The notes under the pieces: model-generated
Seen by the model: only the letters and a program-made list of their open reading frames with translations
What the model was told of the DNA's origin: nothing
Database searches by the model: none
NCBI GenBank assembly: GCA_031372565.1
Contig: JANMLN010000020.1
Coordinates: 37,484 to 101,483, forward strand
From: Gemmatimonadota bacterium
GTDB lineage: Bacteria > Gemmatimonadota > Gemmatimonadetes > Gemmatimonadales > Gemmatimonadaceae
Length of the DNA stretch: 64,000 bases
Direction: 5' to 3'
Shown: positions 18,975 to 28,767 of the stretch, in pieces
How the letters are laid out: each line of letters opens with the position of its first letter
How positions within the stretch are numbered: the first letter of the stretch is position 1
Position numbers and translations under genes: made by a program

Positions 18975-21900
18975 TCAGCGCACCCCCGCGCACCAACCCG
19001 CCGCCTTGTATCCGCATCGCACGCACGTTGCCGGGTCCACGGCAAGCGACGCGTGGTCGGGCACGGTCCGCTCGGCGGCCGCGACGCGCTCACGCATCGT
19101 CAAGCGCGCCCGATCGGCAGCCCCTGCGACGGTCGCCCCCGTCGCCGTGAACACGAAGTCGAACGATGTGACCGACCGGCCCGAGATGGCCTCCACCGCC
19201 TCGACGTAGGCATCGCGCTGCACGGTGTACTTGGACGCGACGTCGCTCTCCTCGCCCGCCCGCACGCGTCCCGTCTTCACGTCCACGATGGCGACGCCGT
19301 CGCCGTCAGGCGCCGCAAGGTCGATCGCGCCCTCGAGCGCCGAGCCGTCTGGCAGCACCCGCAGGAAGCGCAGCTCGCGGCGCGCGTGTTCGCGACGCGC
19401 CAGGTGCCCGTAGTGACCGGCCAACGCTGCCTCGACCTGCGCGCGAATGGCCGCGCGATCGTCGGGATGCCACCCACGGCCTGGCGCCGCGTCGTCCTCG
19501 TTCCACTCGGCCTCGGCTTGCGACAGCAGCGCGTCGAGCTCGGCCTGCTCATCCGCACGCGCGAGGATCTCGTGAACCGTCGTGCCGAGCTCTGCGGGGC
19601 TCATGCGCGCATCCACCGATTCGGCCTCGCGCTGTGCCTTGACCTTCGACGCGACCTTCGTTGCACCGGCCGACGCGTGCGCGCCGCCCTCCACGTCGCG
19701 CGGCTCGGCGACGCCGAGCAGGTACTTCCACGCGTACCGTCGCTCACACTGCGCGTGCAGCATGAGCGCGGTCGCAGAGTGCCGGAGCCGACCCATCGGC
19801 ACTGCAACGGCGGCAGGCGGCAGCACGATGTCTGCGGTCCCATCGACCAGCGGTGCAGGGGATGTGGGTGGTGCCTTCCTCGCGTCGTCACTCGCGCGGA
19901 CGTCCACCACCGTGAGCAACACCGGATGCGCCTGACCACCGGCACTCGGCACCGTGAGCGTGCCGCTCGTGCTGTCCGCGTCCAACCCGAGCGCTGCGCC
20001 GAGCCATGCGGCGTCTGTTCCCTTGGTGGCCTTGAGCAGCACACCGCTCACGATCAGGCGCGACTTGGCGCGCGTGGCGGCGACGTAGCGCAGCCGCAAT
20101 CGCTCCGCGTCCGCCTCGCGCTCGCCCTCACTCCGGAGTGCCTGTACCACGGGGTCCTGCTCCTGCTTGTCGACCCCGGGCTCAGCGAGCGCGATGCCAT
20201 CGCGTGTGATGAAGAGTCCGTTTGTGCCCCGATCACCTGGCGTGGTGCGCGCCAGGTCCGCCCACACCACGACGTCCCAGTCGAGCCCCTTGGCAGCGTG
20301 GATCGTCGTGATGGTCACGAACGGCTCCTCAGGGCCGACCAGTCGCGCCGGCGACACGTCATCCTCGCGCGCGCGGCGCTCGGCGAGCTCGCGCAGCCAA
20401 CCTCCGATACTCCGGCGCGGATCTTCCTCGAGCAATCGAGCGAAGCGCGCAAGGTTGGCCAGCGCTTGAGCGGCGTCCTCGTCACCACGCAATGCGAGAT
20501 GCGCGCGATAGCCGCCCTCGTCGAGCAGCTGCTCGAGCAGCTGGTGCGCCGGGACGCGATCGAGCCGTGCGCGCAGGCGAGCGAGCAGCGCTCGCCCATC
20601 GGCAAGGCGCATCGCTTCGTCCGGTGCGAGCGTCCACTGTGGCACGTCGGTATCCAGCCCACCGCCTTGGGCGAGTGCGAGCAGCGTCTCGTCGCGCACG
20701 CCGACAAACGGACTCCGCAACACCCCGGCCATGGCCACCGAATCGCGCGGGTCACGCACGGCGCGCAGCGCGAGCATCGCGTCGAGCACCTCGCGCGTTT
20801 CGAGCAGCCCCGCCGAGCGCAGGAAATAGAACGGGACGCCGGCAGATCGGAGAGCAGCCGCAAACGGATCCGCGCTGGCCCGCGCTCGCACAAGGATTGC
20901 CATGTGTCGCCAGCTGAGCGGCGTTCCATCGACGGCGAGCAGGCCGCTCTGCTGCAGCACCTGCAAACGTGCCACGACCGCCGCCGCGTCCACTTCGCGG
21001 ATGCGCTCGGCGTTCGCCGTGGTCTCACCCACTCTCCGCGGCGCGATGATCTCCACGGCCGGCGCATCGCCGACCGCGGGGCGCGTGGGGGTCAGCGATG
21101 CGTATCCGACCTCGTACGGCTTGCGCCCGCCCTCCGGCTCGGCATTCATCGCCGGCGCCATCACGTGGTCCACGAAGGCGAGGATCCCGGGAACCGAGCG
21201 GAACGAGTCATGGAGCGGACAGATCGCCGCGCGCGTCGGCATCGCGGCAAAGCGCTCCTCGACCTCACGCCAGACGCTCACGTCCGCGCGCCGGAATCGA
21301 TAGATACTCTGCTTCGGGTCCCCCACGAGCAGCAGTCGCGTGCCGCGCGGATCGTCCGGCTCGATGCCGCCAATCGCCAGCACGAGGTCGCGCTGCACGG
21401 GGTCCACATCCTGAAACTCGTCCACCACGAGAAGGCGCAGGCGGGCGCGCACGGCCGCCAGCACGTCGGCATCGCGCAGCAGGTCGCGTGTCCACGTCAG
21501 CAGTCGGTCGAAGTCCACCGCCGGCAGTTCGGCAAGCAGATGATCGTGCGCCTCACGGGTGCGCGTTGCCAGCGTGAGCAGCGCGTGCGTCTCGTCGGGG
21601 TGAACGCGAGGCGTCAGCGATGAGAGCGCCTCAAGTCGCCCGCCATCCGCGGCCAGCACTTCGAGCCAGCGCGAGACCACGTCCACCGCGTACGTGGCCA
21701 GCACGGTGCCCAAGCCGGGAACCTCGTTCGTTTCGAGCGCCTCGAGCAGCGTTTCGCGTGCGGCCGCAGCGAGCAACTCGCGCGCTTCACCTTCGAGCGC
21801 GAGCCGGCCAGGTGCCCGGCGCGCACCGCGGAGACCGAAGCCGCGCAGCAGCTCGCCCGCAAACCCGTGAATCGTGCCGATGCGTGCGGCATCCACGCGC

Positions 21901-22178
21901 TCGGCCAAGTCCGCGCGTCCTGCCGTGGTGAGCGCATCGCGCAGACTGCGCACGAGTTCGGCCGCCGAGGCGTTGGTAAAGCTGATCGCCGCCACCTGCT
22001 CGAGCGTGAGCGGAGCAGGGAGGGCTCCCGCTCCCGGAACCTCGACGCCCAACCGGTGCAGCAGGGCGCGCACGACGGTGAACGTCTTGCCGGAGCCCGC
22101 TCCTGCGGACACGAGCACGTGACGGTCGAGCGAGTCGAGGATCGCGCGCTGCTGGGGGCGAAGCACGGGCGGCGTCAT
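18975..22178 (-). CDS. addA: AddA/AdnB-like UvrD-family helicase with C-terminal PD-(D/E)XK nuclease
   Basis: AGAGSGKT, VDEFQD, VGDPKQSIYRFR.AD, TIHAAKGL, YVAATRAK, GAID...VDVKTG...Q..Y, terminal CxxC..C. Confidence 0.9.
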   Translation of the reverse strand: MTPPVLRPQQRAILDSLDRHVLVSAGAGSGKTFTVVRALLHRLGVEVPGAGALPAPLTLEQVAAISFTNASAAELVRSLRDALTTAGRADLAERVDAARIGTIHGFAGELLRGFGLRGARRAPGRLALEGEARELLAAAARETLLEALETNEVPGLGTVLATYAVDVVSRWLEVLAADGGRLEALSSLTPRVHPDETHALLTLATRTREAHDHLLAELPAVDFDRLLTWTRDLLRDADVLAAVRARLRLLVVDEFQDVDPVQRDLVLAIGGIEPDDPRGTRLLLVGDPKQSIYRFRRADVSVWREVEERFAAMPTRAAICPLHDSFRSVPGILAFVDHVMAPAMNAEPEGGRKPYEVGYASLTPTRPAVGDAPAVEIIAPRRVGETTANAERIREVDAAAVVARLQVLQQSGLLAVDGTPLSWRHMAILVRARASADPFAAALRSAGVPFYFLRSAGLLETREVLDAMLALRAVRDPRDSVAMAGVLRSPFVGVRDETLLALAQGGGLDTDVPQWTLAPDEAMRLADGRALLARLRARLDRVPAHQLLEQLLDEGGYRAHLALRGDEDAAQALANLARFARLLEEDPRRSIGGWLRELAERRAREDDVSPARLVGPEEPFVTITTIHAAKGLDWDVVVWADLARTTPGDRGTNGLFITRDGIALAEPGVDKQEQDPVVQALRSEGEREADAERLRLRYVAATRAKSRLIVSGVLLKATKGTDAAWLGAALGLDADSTSGTLTVPSAGGQAHPVLLTVVDVRASDDARKAPPTSPAPLVDGTADIVLPPAAVAVPMGRLRHSATALMLHAQCERRYAWKYLLGVAEPRDVEGGAHASAGATKVASKVKAQREAESVDARMSPAELGTTVHEILARADEQAELDALLSQAEAEWNEDDAAPGRGWHPDDRAAIRAQVEAALAGHYGHLARREHARRELRFLRVLPDGSALEGAIDLAAPDGDGVAIVDVKTGRVRAGEESDVASKYTVQRDAYVEAVEAISGRSVTSFDFVFTATGATVAGAADRARLTMRERVAAAERTVPDHASLAVDPATCVRCGYKAAGWCAGVR

Positions 22179-22185
22179 GGCCGGC

Positions 22186-25100
22186 TCACCACTCACCGGT
22201 CTTCGGGCCGCCCACGATGCGGCAGCTATCGAGCGCGACGCACCATGACGGGCAGTGATGCGACTCGGCCGGCGTGGGAGGGAAGGGGCCGGTGCGCGCG
22301 CGCACGATCGTGCGGGGAATGGCGTCTCGCGATGCGGCGAAATCCGCGTGACCGCCAAGCTCCGTGTCGAGCACCTTCGTCTTGTGATGCACTTCCGCGA
22401 GATTGATCGGAAGGACGGCCTTCCCCGTTCGCAGACTGCGGTACTCGATGCGCGCGATCTCGATGCCCGGCTCGAGGTGTTGCAGCGCCATTGCGTAGAG
22501 CGGTGCCTGTAGCACGATGCCGTCGGCGAACGCGCCCGACTTGCCGCCACCGGGAGCGGCGCCAGTCGAGCTCTTGTAATCCACGATGACGCGCCAGCGA
22601 CCGGGCTGTGGGATGCGATCATCCGTCACCACGTCCACGCGATCGATGCGGCCGTGCGCGCGGAAGCGAACGTCACCGACCGCCAACGTCATCGGACCGA
22701 ACGCGACCTCATGACGGTCCGCTCCCGCGTGTAGCGGTCGTCGCGACTGCCAGCTCTTGCCGGTGACCCACTTGTCGTGCTCCTCAGCCTCGGCTTCGAT
22801 GTATGCCGTGAGCGTTCGCAACCACTCCGCACGGCGCGCGCCCTCAAGCCCCGGCGCACCCATCCATGTGCCCGCCGCCTCTGCCTCATACGCGGCGTCG
22901 AACGCGGCACGCAGCGTGTCACGCACTCCGGCAAGATCGGCCGTCTGGAGAAACACCGGACGCGCCTGCTCCGCGCGCAGCCGGTCGAAGAATCGGGCCA
23001 GCGCGTCGTGCAGCACCTTCCCGCGCACCGTGGCCGCCACGTCGTCGTCCGGCTCCTCGACGCGCTCGAGCTTGAGGAGCCGTTGTGCGAACCAGGCATG
23101 CGGACACTTCGCGAGCCCCTCGAGCGACGTCGGACTCCACGTGTACGACTCGCCGTGCTGCGTTGCCAGCCACGCGCGGATGTCGACGTGCTCGATCTCG
23201 CCATCGTACGCGCCGCCGCTGCCCGTGAGCCGGGCGCGCTCGATCGCTGCCCCATGTGCACCCCGTGCGACAGCCGCGCGATGGGGCGCGAGCGGGTAGG
23301 CCGGCACGATCACGGTTGATGCGCGCATCCGGTCTGCCACGATGCTGCCACCCAGTCGCGTCGCCTCCTCGAAGAACGACGACACCACCGTCGCGCACTG
23401 TGCGTCGTCCTCGCGACTCCAGCTCAACACGAGCGACGATCTGGCGGACGCCACGAGCGAACGGAACAGTTCACGCTCGCGCTCCTCCCACGCCGTGCGA
23501 CGGTCCAGCGGCAGCCCGGCCGCGACCAGCGCGTCCCGTTCCTCGTCGTCGAGCACGATCCCCACCGGGCGACGACGCGGAAAGTGCCCCGCCTCCAGCC
23601 CGAGCACGAAGACGTGATCGAATCCCCGGTATGCCGCGGCCAGTGCCTCCGCGACAACGACGCCGTGGACGGTCGGCGACGCGAGCACGATGTCACCCGT
23701 CAGCACCGCATCGCACAGCGGCAGGAACCCGGCCGCGTCGATCAGGTCGGGCGGAGCATGCCGCGTCACGACGGCGCGCCAGCTGCGCACGGCCTGTCGA
23801 AGGAGCGTCCATCCGCGGATGTCCGCACGCGCGCTGGTGAGGTCATCCACCGCAGCCTTACGCGCGTGCTGCTCGAGCGTCCACGGATCGTCCGTGAGGA
23901 AGCCATCCAGCCACGCGAGCCAATCGCTCAAGGAACGCTCGCCGTCGAGGGCCGACGCAAACGCGGCGAACCGCTGGATACCGGCCTGCGCATCCGTCAC
24001 GCGCGCCGTTGCTGGCAACGGATGCCGGCGCTCGTCTTCGTCGCGTGGTGCAGCACCCGTGTCGCGCGCGGTCGCCCGCGCGAGCAGCGTCGCGTGCGCC
24101 GAGCGCCAGCCAGCCAGCCCGTCGACCCGACGCTCGAAGCCCAGGCGATTGATCACCAGTGGGTCCAGCTGGCCTGCTCCATACGGATGCTCGGCCAGCT
24201 CCACCAACGCGTGGCGCGACCAGCCTTCTGCCGCCGCCTCCAGCAATTGCCGCACGATGCGAACGACCGGTACCTCCGCCAGCGACACACGCTGACGCGT
24301 CGTCACCGGCACGCCCATGCGCGCAAGTGCGGGGGCCATGCGATCCACGAACGGGCGGGCTTCCCGGGCGACGACGGCGATGCGGTGCGGCGGAACCCCG
24401 CCGTCCACCAGCGCACGAACGTCCACCGCCACGCGCTCGATCTCGCGCCGTGGATCCGGCGATTCGAGCACGCGGAGCTGAGGCGCAACTGTCGCGGGCG
24501 GCTCCGCGCCTGCCGCAAAGAGAGCGCGCGCCATGGTCGTCTGGTCGCCCACGGACTCGTGTGCGTCAGGCGTGATGTCGCTGTCCGCCGAGAAGAGATC
24601 GGCGTGCATCGTGTACACCGCGACACGCTCGAGCGTCGTGTTCGCTCGCAGCACCCGCAGCAACGCGCGCCATCCGCCCCGAAGGTCCATGAGGCCGACG
24701 ATATGCAGTGTGCGGCGGGCCCCGAGAACCCGCGCGAGCTGGTCAGCGTCGTGTGCCAGAGCGCCGGCTGCCGCCGCGAGCGCATCGCGACCATCGCGCC
24801 GTCCCGCATCGACCAGCGCTGCGCGATAGCCCTCCCAGGCGGCAGCGATCTCTGCGTCGCGTCGCTCCTGGAAGGCATCCCGGTGTGCGTGTGCCTCACA
24901 CGCCGCACGGAACCGGTCCGGCATGATCCCTTCGGCCGCGAACTCGCCGAACAGTGCATCGGCCTCGCGCACGGTGAGCGACAGCCGATCCGGACGTCCG
25001 AGAATCTGCGGGGCGCGGTGGCGCAGCACTTCCTCGATGATCACCGTGCGTTCGATCGCGTCGAGGGCGGGGAGCAGCGTCGGATGCAGCACCTGTGCCA

Positions 25101-25323
25101 GCTCCGCGAACACGCGGATCTCCGGATCGAACCACCCCGCGACCCCACGCGCGCTCGCCATCCGCAGCAGGTCGTCGCGCAATCCGCCTTGCCGAAGCAC
25201 TAGCATCGTGGCCGGAGCCGCGAACGGATCGCTCGTCGCGAGCGGCGGGGCGAGATAGTCGCGCGCCGCGTCCGCGAGGAGTGCGTGCGGGTCGGTGCCG
25301 GTAACGAGAACGAGGTGCGCCAT
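22186..25323 (-). CDS. addB: AddB-like subunit: degenerate helicase plus Fe-S PD-(D/E)XK nuclease
   Basis: No Walker A; IAVVAR, FVLGLEAGHFP, SPTSLE...CP, GRIDRVD, VDYKS, LQAPLY, CPSWC...C; adjacent and co-oriented with addA. Confidence 0.87.
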   Translation of the reverse strand: MAHLVLVTGTDPHALLADAARDYLAPPLATSDPFAAPATMLVLRQGGLRDDLLRMASARGVAGWFDPEIRVFAELAQVLHPTLLPALDAIERTVIIEEVLRHRAPQILGRPDRLSLTVREADALFGEFAAEGIMPDRFRAACEAHAHRDAFQERRDAEIAAAWEGYRAALVDAGRRDGRDALAAAAGALAHDADQLARVLGARRTLHIVGLMDLRGGWRALLRVLRANTTLERVAVYTMHADLFSADSDITPDAHESVGDQTTMARALFAAGAEPPATVAPQLRVLESPDPRREIERVAVDVRALVDGGVPPHRIAVVAREARPFVDRMAPALARMGVPVTTRQRVSLAEVPVVRIVRQLLEAAAEGWSRHALVELAEHPYGAGQLDPLVINRLGFERRVDGLAGWRSAHATLLARATARDTGAAPRDEDERRHPLPATARVTDAQAGIQRFAAFASALDGERSLSDWLAWLDGFLTDDPWTLEQHARKAAVDDLTSARADIRGWTLLRQAVRSWRAVVTRHAPPDLIDAAGFLPLCDAVLTGDIVLASPTVHGVVVAEALAAAYRGFDHVFVLGLEAGHFPRRRPVGIVLDDEERDALVAAGLPLDRRTAWEERERELFRSLVASARSSLVLSWSREDDAQCATVVSSFFEEATRLGGSIVADRMRASTVIVPAYPLAPHRAAVARGAHGAAIERARLTGSGGAYDGEIEHVDIRAWLATQHGESYTWSPTSLEGLAKCPHAWFAQRLLKLERVEEPDDDVAATVRGKVLHDALARFFDRLRAEQARPVFLQTADLAGVRDTLRAAFDAAYEAEAAGTWMGAPGLEGARRAEWLRTLTAYIEAEAEEHDKWVTGKSWQSRRPLHAGADRHEVAFGPMTLAVGDVRFRAHGRIDRVDVVTDDRIPQPGRWRVIVDYKSSTGAAPGGGKSGAFADGIVLQAPLYAMALQHLEPGIEIARIEYRSLRTGKAVLPINLAEVHHKTKVLDTELGGHADFAASRDAIPRTIVRARTGPFPPTPAESHHCPSWCVALDSCRIVGGPKTGEW

Positions 25324-25332
25324 GACCACGGT

Positions 25333-25354
25333 ACGTTACCGGCGGGCACTGACA
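25333..25354 (-). promoter_or_regulatory. PafBC-type (RecA-NDp) promoter for addB-addA: TGTCAG-N10-TAACGT
   Basis: Minus strand reads TGTCAG tgcccgccgg TAACGT accgtggtc ATG, matching the mycobacterial TGTCRG-N10-TANNNT consensus. Confidence 0.75.
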
Positions 25355-25392
25355 CTGGCGAGCGCCCCGCGCTGCCCGCCCGCCTTGCGCCC

Positions 25393-25414
25393 CGTCAGAC
25401 CCCGCCCCCAATCT
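25393..25414 (+). promoter_or_regulatory. Degenerate PafBC-type promoter for the WYL pair: CGTCAG-N10-CAATCT, 6 nt before ATG
   Basis: Same spacing as the addB site, with one mismatch in each hexamer. Confidence 0.45.
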
Positions 25415-25420
25415 CCCCGC

Positions 25421-26539
25421 ATGCCCTCGGCCAACAAGACCCAGCGCTGGCTCGACCTCATAGCCGCCCTGCTCGCACGTCGCTATGGCGCCAGCTTCGA
25501 CGAACTCACCGAGCACGTGCCCGGCTACCGTCACGATGGCTCGACCAAGGCCAAGGAATCGGCCAAGCGCACCTTCGAGCGCGACAAGGATGAACTCCGC
25601 GCCTGCGGCGTGCCGCTCGAGTCACAGGTGGCCGCCGGCAACGAGGACGAACCCGACGCGCACCGCTATCTCCTCCGCTCCACCGATTTCTACCTCCCGC
25701 TGATCAGCGCGACGCTCGACGGCGCGACACCGGGCAGTGTTGCCATACCGAAGCGCCCACCTCGCGGCATCGGGTACGCCGGCTTGGGCGTGGTCGCCCT
25801 CGCCTTCGACGAGCTCGAGGCCATGGCGCGTGCCGGCGACCGAGCCCGCAACATCGGCGACCCCGTGCTCGCGATGGAGGCGGAAGACGCGCTCCGCAAG
25901 CTCGCGTTCGACCAACCGCTGGCCGTCGCCACCGATGGTACCGTGCACATCGCCGCCGCGACGCCGAAACCCGCACGCGACGTGCAGGCCGCCGTGAGTG
26001 ACGCCCTGCGGCGGCGCAAGCGCCTGACCTTCGACTACCACTCGATCGGACGCGACGCCCACGGCAGACGCACCGTCGAGCCCTACGGCCTCGTGCTGCA
26101 GATGGGCCACTGGTATCTCGTGGCCCGCGACACCGACGCCGACGCGCTCCGACTCTTCCGACTCGGGCGCATGCGCGCCGCCAAGGTGCGTGCGCAGCAG
26201 CCCAACTCCGCCGACTACGAGGTGCCCGCCGACTTCGACCTGGCCGAGCAGGCACGCTCGCGCGAAGCGTGGGAACTCGGTGACGCCGAAGCCGTCGAGG
26301 TGATCGTCCGATTCCGCGCTGTCACGGGCGCTGTGCGACCAGCGATCGCGCTGGGCACACCGGTGCGAGGGCGCGCAGGCCATCGCCGCTTCCTGGTGCG
26401 GCGCCCCGACGCCTTCGTGCGCTGGCTCCTGTCGTTCGCGGGCGCCGCGGCGCCCGTATCGCCCGCTGCCGTCGTGCGCGAATGGACGTCGGTGGTGGCC
26501 GCGACGACCAAGCTCTATGCCAACGCGGGGCCGGCATGA
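25421..26539 (+). CDS. pafB: PafB-like HTH-WYL-WCX transcriptional regulator
   Basis: RWLDLIAALL, KRTFERDKDELRACGVPL (PafB-like FERDK..LR..G.PL), RTVEPYGL, HWYLVA, FRLGRM. Confidence 0.85.
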   Translation: MPSANKTQRWLDLIAALLARRYGASFDELTEHVPGYRHDGSTKAKESAKRTFERDKDELRACGVPLESQVAAGNEDEPDAHRYLLRSTDFYLPLISATLDGATPGSVAIPKRPPRGIGYAGLGVVALAFDELEAMARAGDRARNIGDPVLAMEAEDALRKLAFDQPLAVATDGTVHIAAATPKPARDVQAAVSDALRRRKRLTFDYHSIGRDAHGRRTVEPYGLVLQMGHWYLVARDTDADALRLFRLGRMRAAKVRAQQPNSADYEVPADFDLAEQARSREAWELGDAEAVEVIVRFRAVTGAVRPAIALGTPVRGRAGHRRFLVRRPDAFVRWLLSFAGAAAPVSPAAVVREWTSVVAATTKLYANAGPA

Positions 26540-27528
26540 GCGACGCACTTGCCGTCTTCCGCCGCCTGCTTGCCCTCGTGCCCCTGCTTGGCGACGAGGA
26601 GGCGCACCCGATTGAAGAGGTGGCCGCGAGCATCGGCGCCGACGCCGACACGGTGCTCCGCGAGCTCATGGCCCTGGGCGAGCGCGCCGATGATCCCGCC
26701 GGCTTCATGGCCGGGCTCACCTTGCACGTCGAGGCCGCGCCCGGGATGCGCGTCCAGGCCCGCTCGCCGCACCTCAAGCGCCCGATGCGTCTCACCTGGT
26801 CGGAGCGCCAGGCGCTTGAGCTCGGTCTCGCCGCGCTGGCGCTCGAACGTCCGCCGACTGAGCAGGCGTCCATCGCGCGTGCGCGCAACCAACTGTCGAA
26901 GCTCGCGACCAAGCCGCCGCGCGACGAACTCGCCACCGAGCGACGCAAGCTGGCCGCCTACAAGGCCTCCGACCCGGGGGTCCTGCGGCTCGTGCAGCAA
27001 GCCGCCCGCGAGAAGCGGGTCGTGGACCTTCGCTACCAGCGAGGCGACGCGTCGGTCGCGGTCGCGCGTGTCGTCCACCCGTACGCAGTCATCCTCGCGA
27101 AAGGCACATGGTACTGTCCGGCCTGGTGCGAGACGGCAAGCGCGCTGCGGATCTTCCGCCTGGATCGCGTGGAGGCCGCCACGGTGCGCAGCACCACCTT
27201 CGAACGCCCCGACGACTTCGATCCCCGGGCCCTCGTGCGGGACGGCCGCGTCTTCCAGCACGACGGCGCCCCCACGATGATCGTGCGCTATTCGCCGCGC
27301 ATTGCGCGCTGGATCGCCGAGCGGGAAGGGCGCGCGCCAGACGCCGACGGCTCGCTGACGCTCGAGCATCCGCTGGCCGACGAGGATTGGGGGATTCGCC
27401 ACGTACTCCAGTACGGGCCCGATGCGGAGGTCATCGGCCCGCCGACGCTGCGCACGGCCATGGCGCGGAAGCTGCGGGCGATCGCGGGGCAACGCGCGAC
27501 GGCGCGCGTCCCCGCGCGACGAGATTGA
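26536..27528 (+). CDS. pafC: PafC-like HTH-WYL-WCX transcriptional regulator
   Basis: RLLALVPLL, RPMRLT..E..AL, RVVHPY, WYC.AWC, RIFRLDRV, LQYGPDAEVIGP; ATGA-coupled to the upstream WYL gene. Confidence 0.85.
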   Translation: MSDALAVFRRLLALVPLLGDEEAHPIEEVAASIGADADTVLRELMALGERADDPAGFMAGLTLHVEAAPGMRVQARSPHLKRPMRLTWSERQALELGLAALALERPPTEQASIARARNQLSKLATKPPRDELATERRKLAAYKASDPGVLRLVQQAAREKRVVDLRYQRGDASVAVARVVHPYAVILAKGTWYCPAWCETASALRIFRLDRVEAATVRSTTFERPDDFDPRALVRDGRVFQHDGAPTMIVRYSPRIARWIAEREGRAPDADGSLTLEHPLADEDWGIRHVLQYGPDAEVIGPPTLRTAMARKLRAIAGQRATARVPARRD

Positions 27529-27594
27529 TACCATGGTCATGCCTGCGGGACCGCAGGGCGGTCCCGGTCCGCGGTCTGCTCCCGCCTCGCCGCG

Positions 27595-28701
27595 CTACGG
27601 CACCCGCACGTTGTACGCCATGCTCGTGAGCACGAACCGTCCGTACGCCCAGTCGCGCCCACCCTCGCGGTAGCGCGCTTCGCCGTCGGTCACGATGCGC
27701 ACGCCCTCCCGCTGCCCAAGCTGCATCACGGGCGTCGAGAAGGGGGTGCGTACCATCGCCGCCCCCTTCGCCATCGACCGGTCGTCCGACGTGAAATTCG
27801 CCAGATCGCCATGCGCGTCGAACCAGAGCACGGCGCGCACGGTGTGCCCTGCGTTCGTGTAGGTCACGCGGGCTGAGCGGTCATCGATCGGCTCCCACGT
27901 CACCCGTACGTCGAACAGCGCGCCCGGCGCGAGCAGGCAGATGTCGTTCAACAGCGTGACCGTCTCGCTCTGCGTCGCCTCGGGACCGCTCAGGTGCTGC
28001 ACCGGCACGAGGCCGGCGAGCCTGACGTCCATCGTCGCGTTGCTTCCCTCGTACCGATGCAGCACGACAACCGGAACGCCCCCCTTCGACGCTCGCATCA
28101 AGAACAGGCGCGCCGCAGGCTGGAACACCTCCACCTGCTCGGCCGTGGCCTGCATCCACGGGTCCTGCTCGCTGCCGCGCATCTTCGCATCGAACGTGAG
28201 CCGGAAGCTGCGCACGCGCGGCCTGCCGACCACCCCCGCTCGCGTGAGCCACCGCCGCACCGGATCCGGCAGTGGGGCAAGGTCGACCTCGGTCACGAGC
28301 GGCGGCGTGCCACCCGGTGACGCCGCCAGCGCCACCCCCGAGGCGCGTTCATACTGCGACCGCAAGCTCGACGGCAGCAGCTCGGCCATGGCGATCACGA
28401 GCGGCACGAGCACGATCACGTTGGCGATCGTGCCGAACCTCGCATCGGACCATGCGCCGACGATGAGCCACTGCGAGAGCACGAGACCGAGTGCGCCCGG
28501 CAACCACCACCAGCGCGGGAGCGCAAGGTAGAGAACGGCGGCCGTCATCAGCAGCGTCGCCGCGATGAGCCAGAGCCAGCCACCGCGCGTCGAGATCGGC
28601 TGCGTGAGCTGGGACACCTCGCCGAGGCGCAGCCCCTTCACGGCACCGAGCAGGTGGATCGCGCCATGCAGCAACACGAAGAGCGAAACGAGGTATCGCA
28701 T
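27595..28701 (-). CDS. Membrane-anchored DUF6544-like protein
   Basis: HGAIHLLG TM region, DLAPLPDPVRRWL..AGVVG, QSETVTLLNDICLLAP, FTSDDR, FSTP. Confidence 0.75.
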   Translation of the reverse strand: MRYLVSLFVLLHGAIHLLGAVKGLRLGEVSQLTQPISTRGGWLWLIAATLLMTAAVLYLALPRWWWLPGALGLVLSQWLIVGAWSDARFGTIANVIVLVPLVIAMAELLPSSLRSQYERASGVALAASPGGTPPLVTEVDLAPLPDPVRRWLTRAGVVGRPRVRSFRLTFDAKMRGSEQDPWMQATAEQVEVFQPAARLFLMRASKGGVPVVVLHRYEGSNATMDVRLAGLVPVQHLSGPEATQSETVTLLNDICLLAPGALFDVRVTWEPIDDRSARVTYTNAGHTVRAVLWFDAHGDLANFTSDDRSMAKGAAMVRTPFSTPVMQLGQREGVRIVTDGEARYREGGRDWAYGRFVLTSMAYNVRVP

Positions 28702-28767
28702 TGCACCGTCCAACGGGGGGACACACGCGAGGGCGCGCCAGTCGCCCGACCATCTGTAGGTTACGGC

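Noticed and set aside
25421..27528. WYL pair as a CRISPR or antiphage regulator (BrxR/CapW type)
   Set aside because: No array, cas or defence genes nearby; PafB/PafC signatures and the promoter motif fit DNA-damage regulation better.
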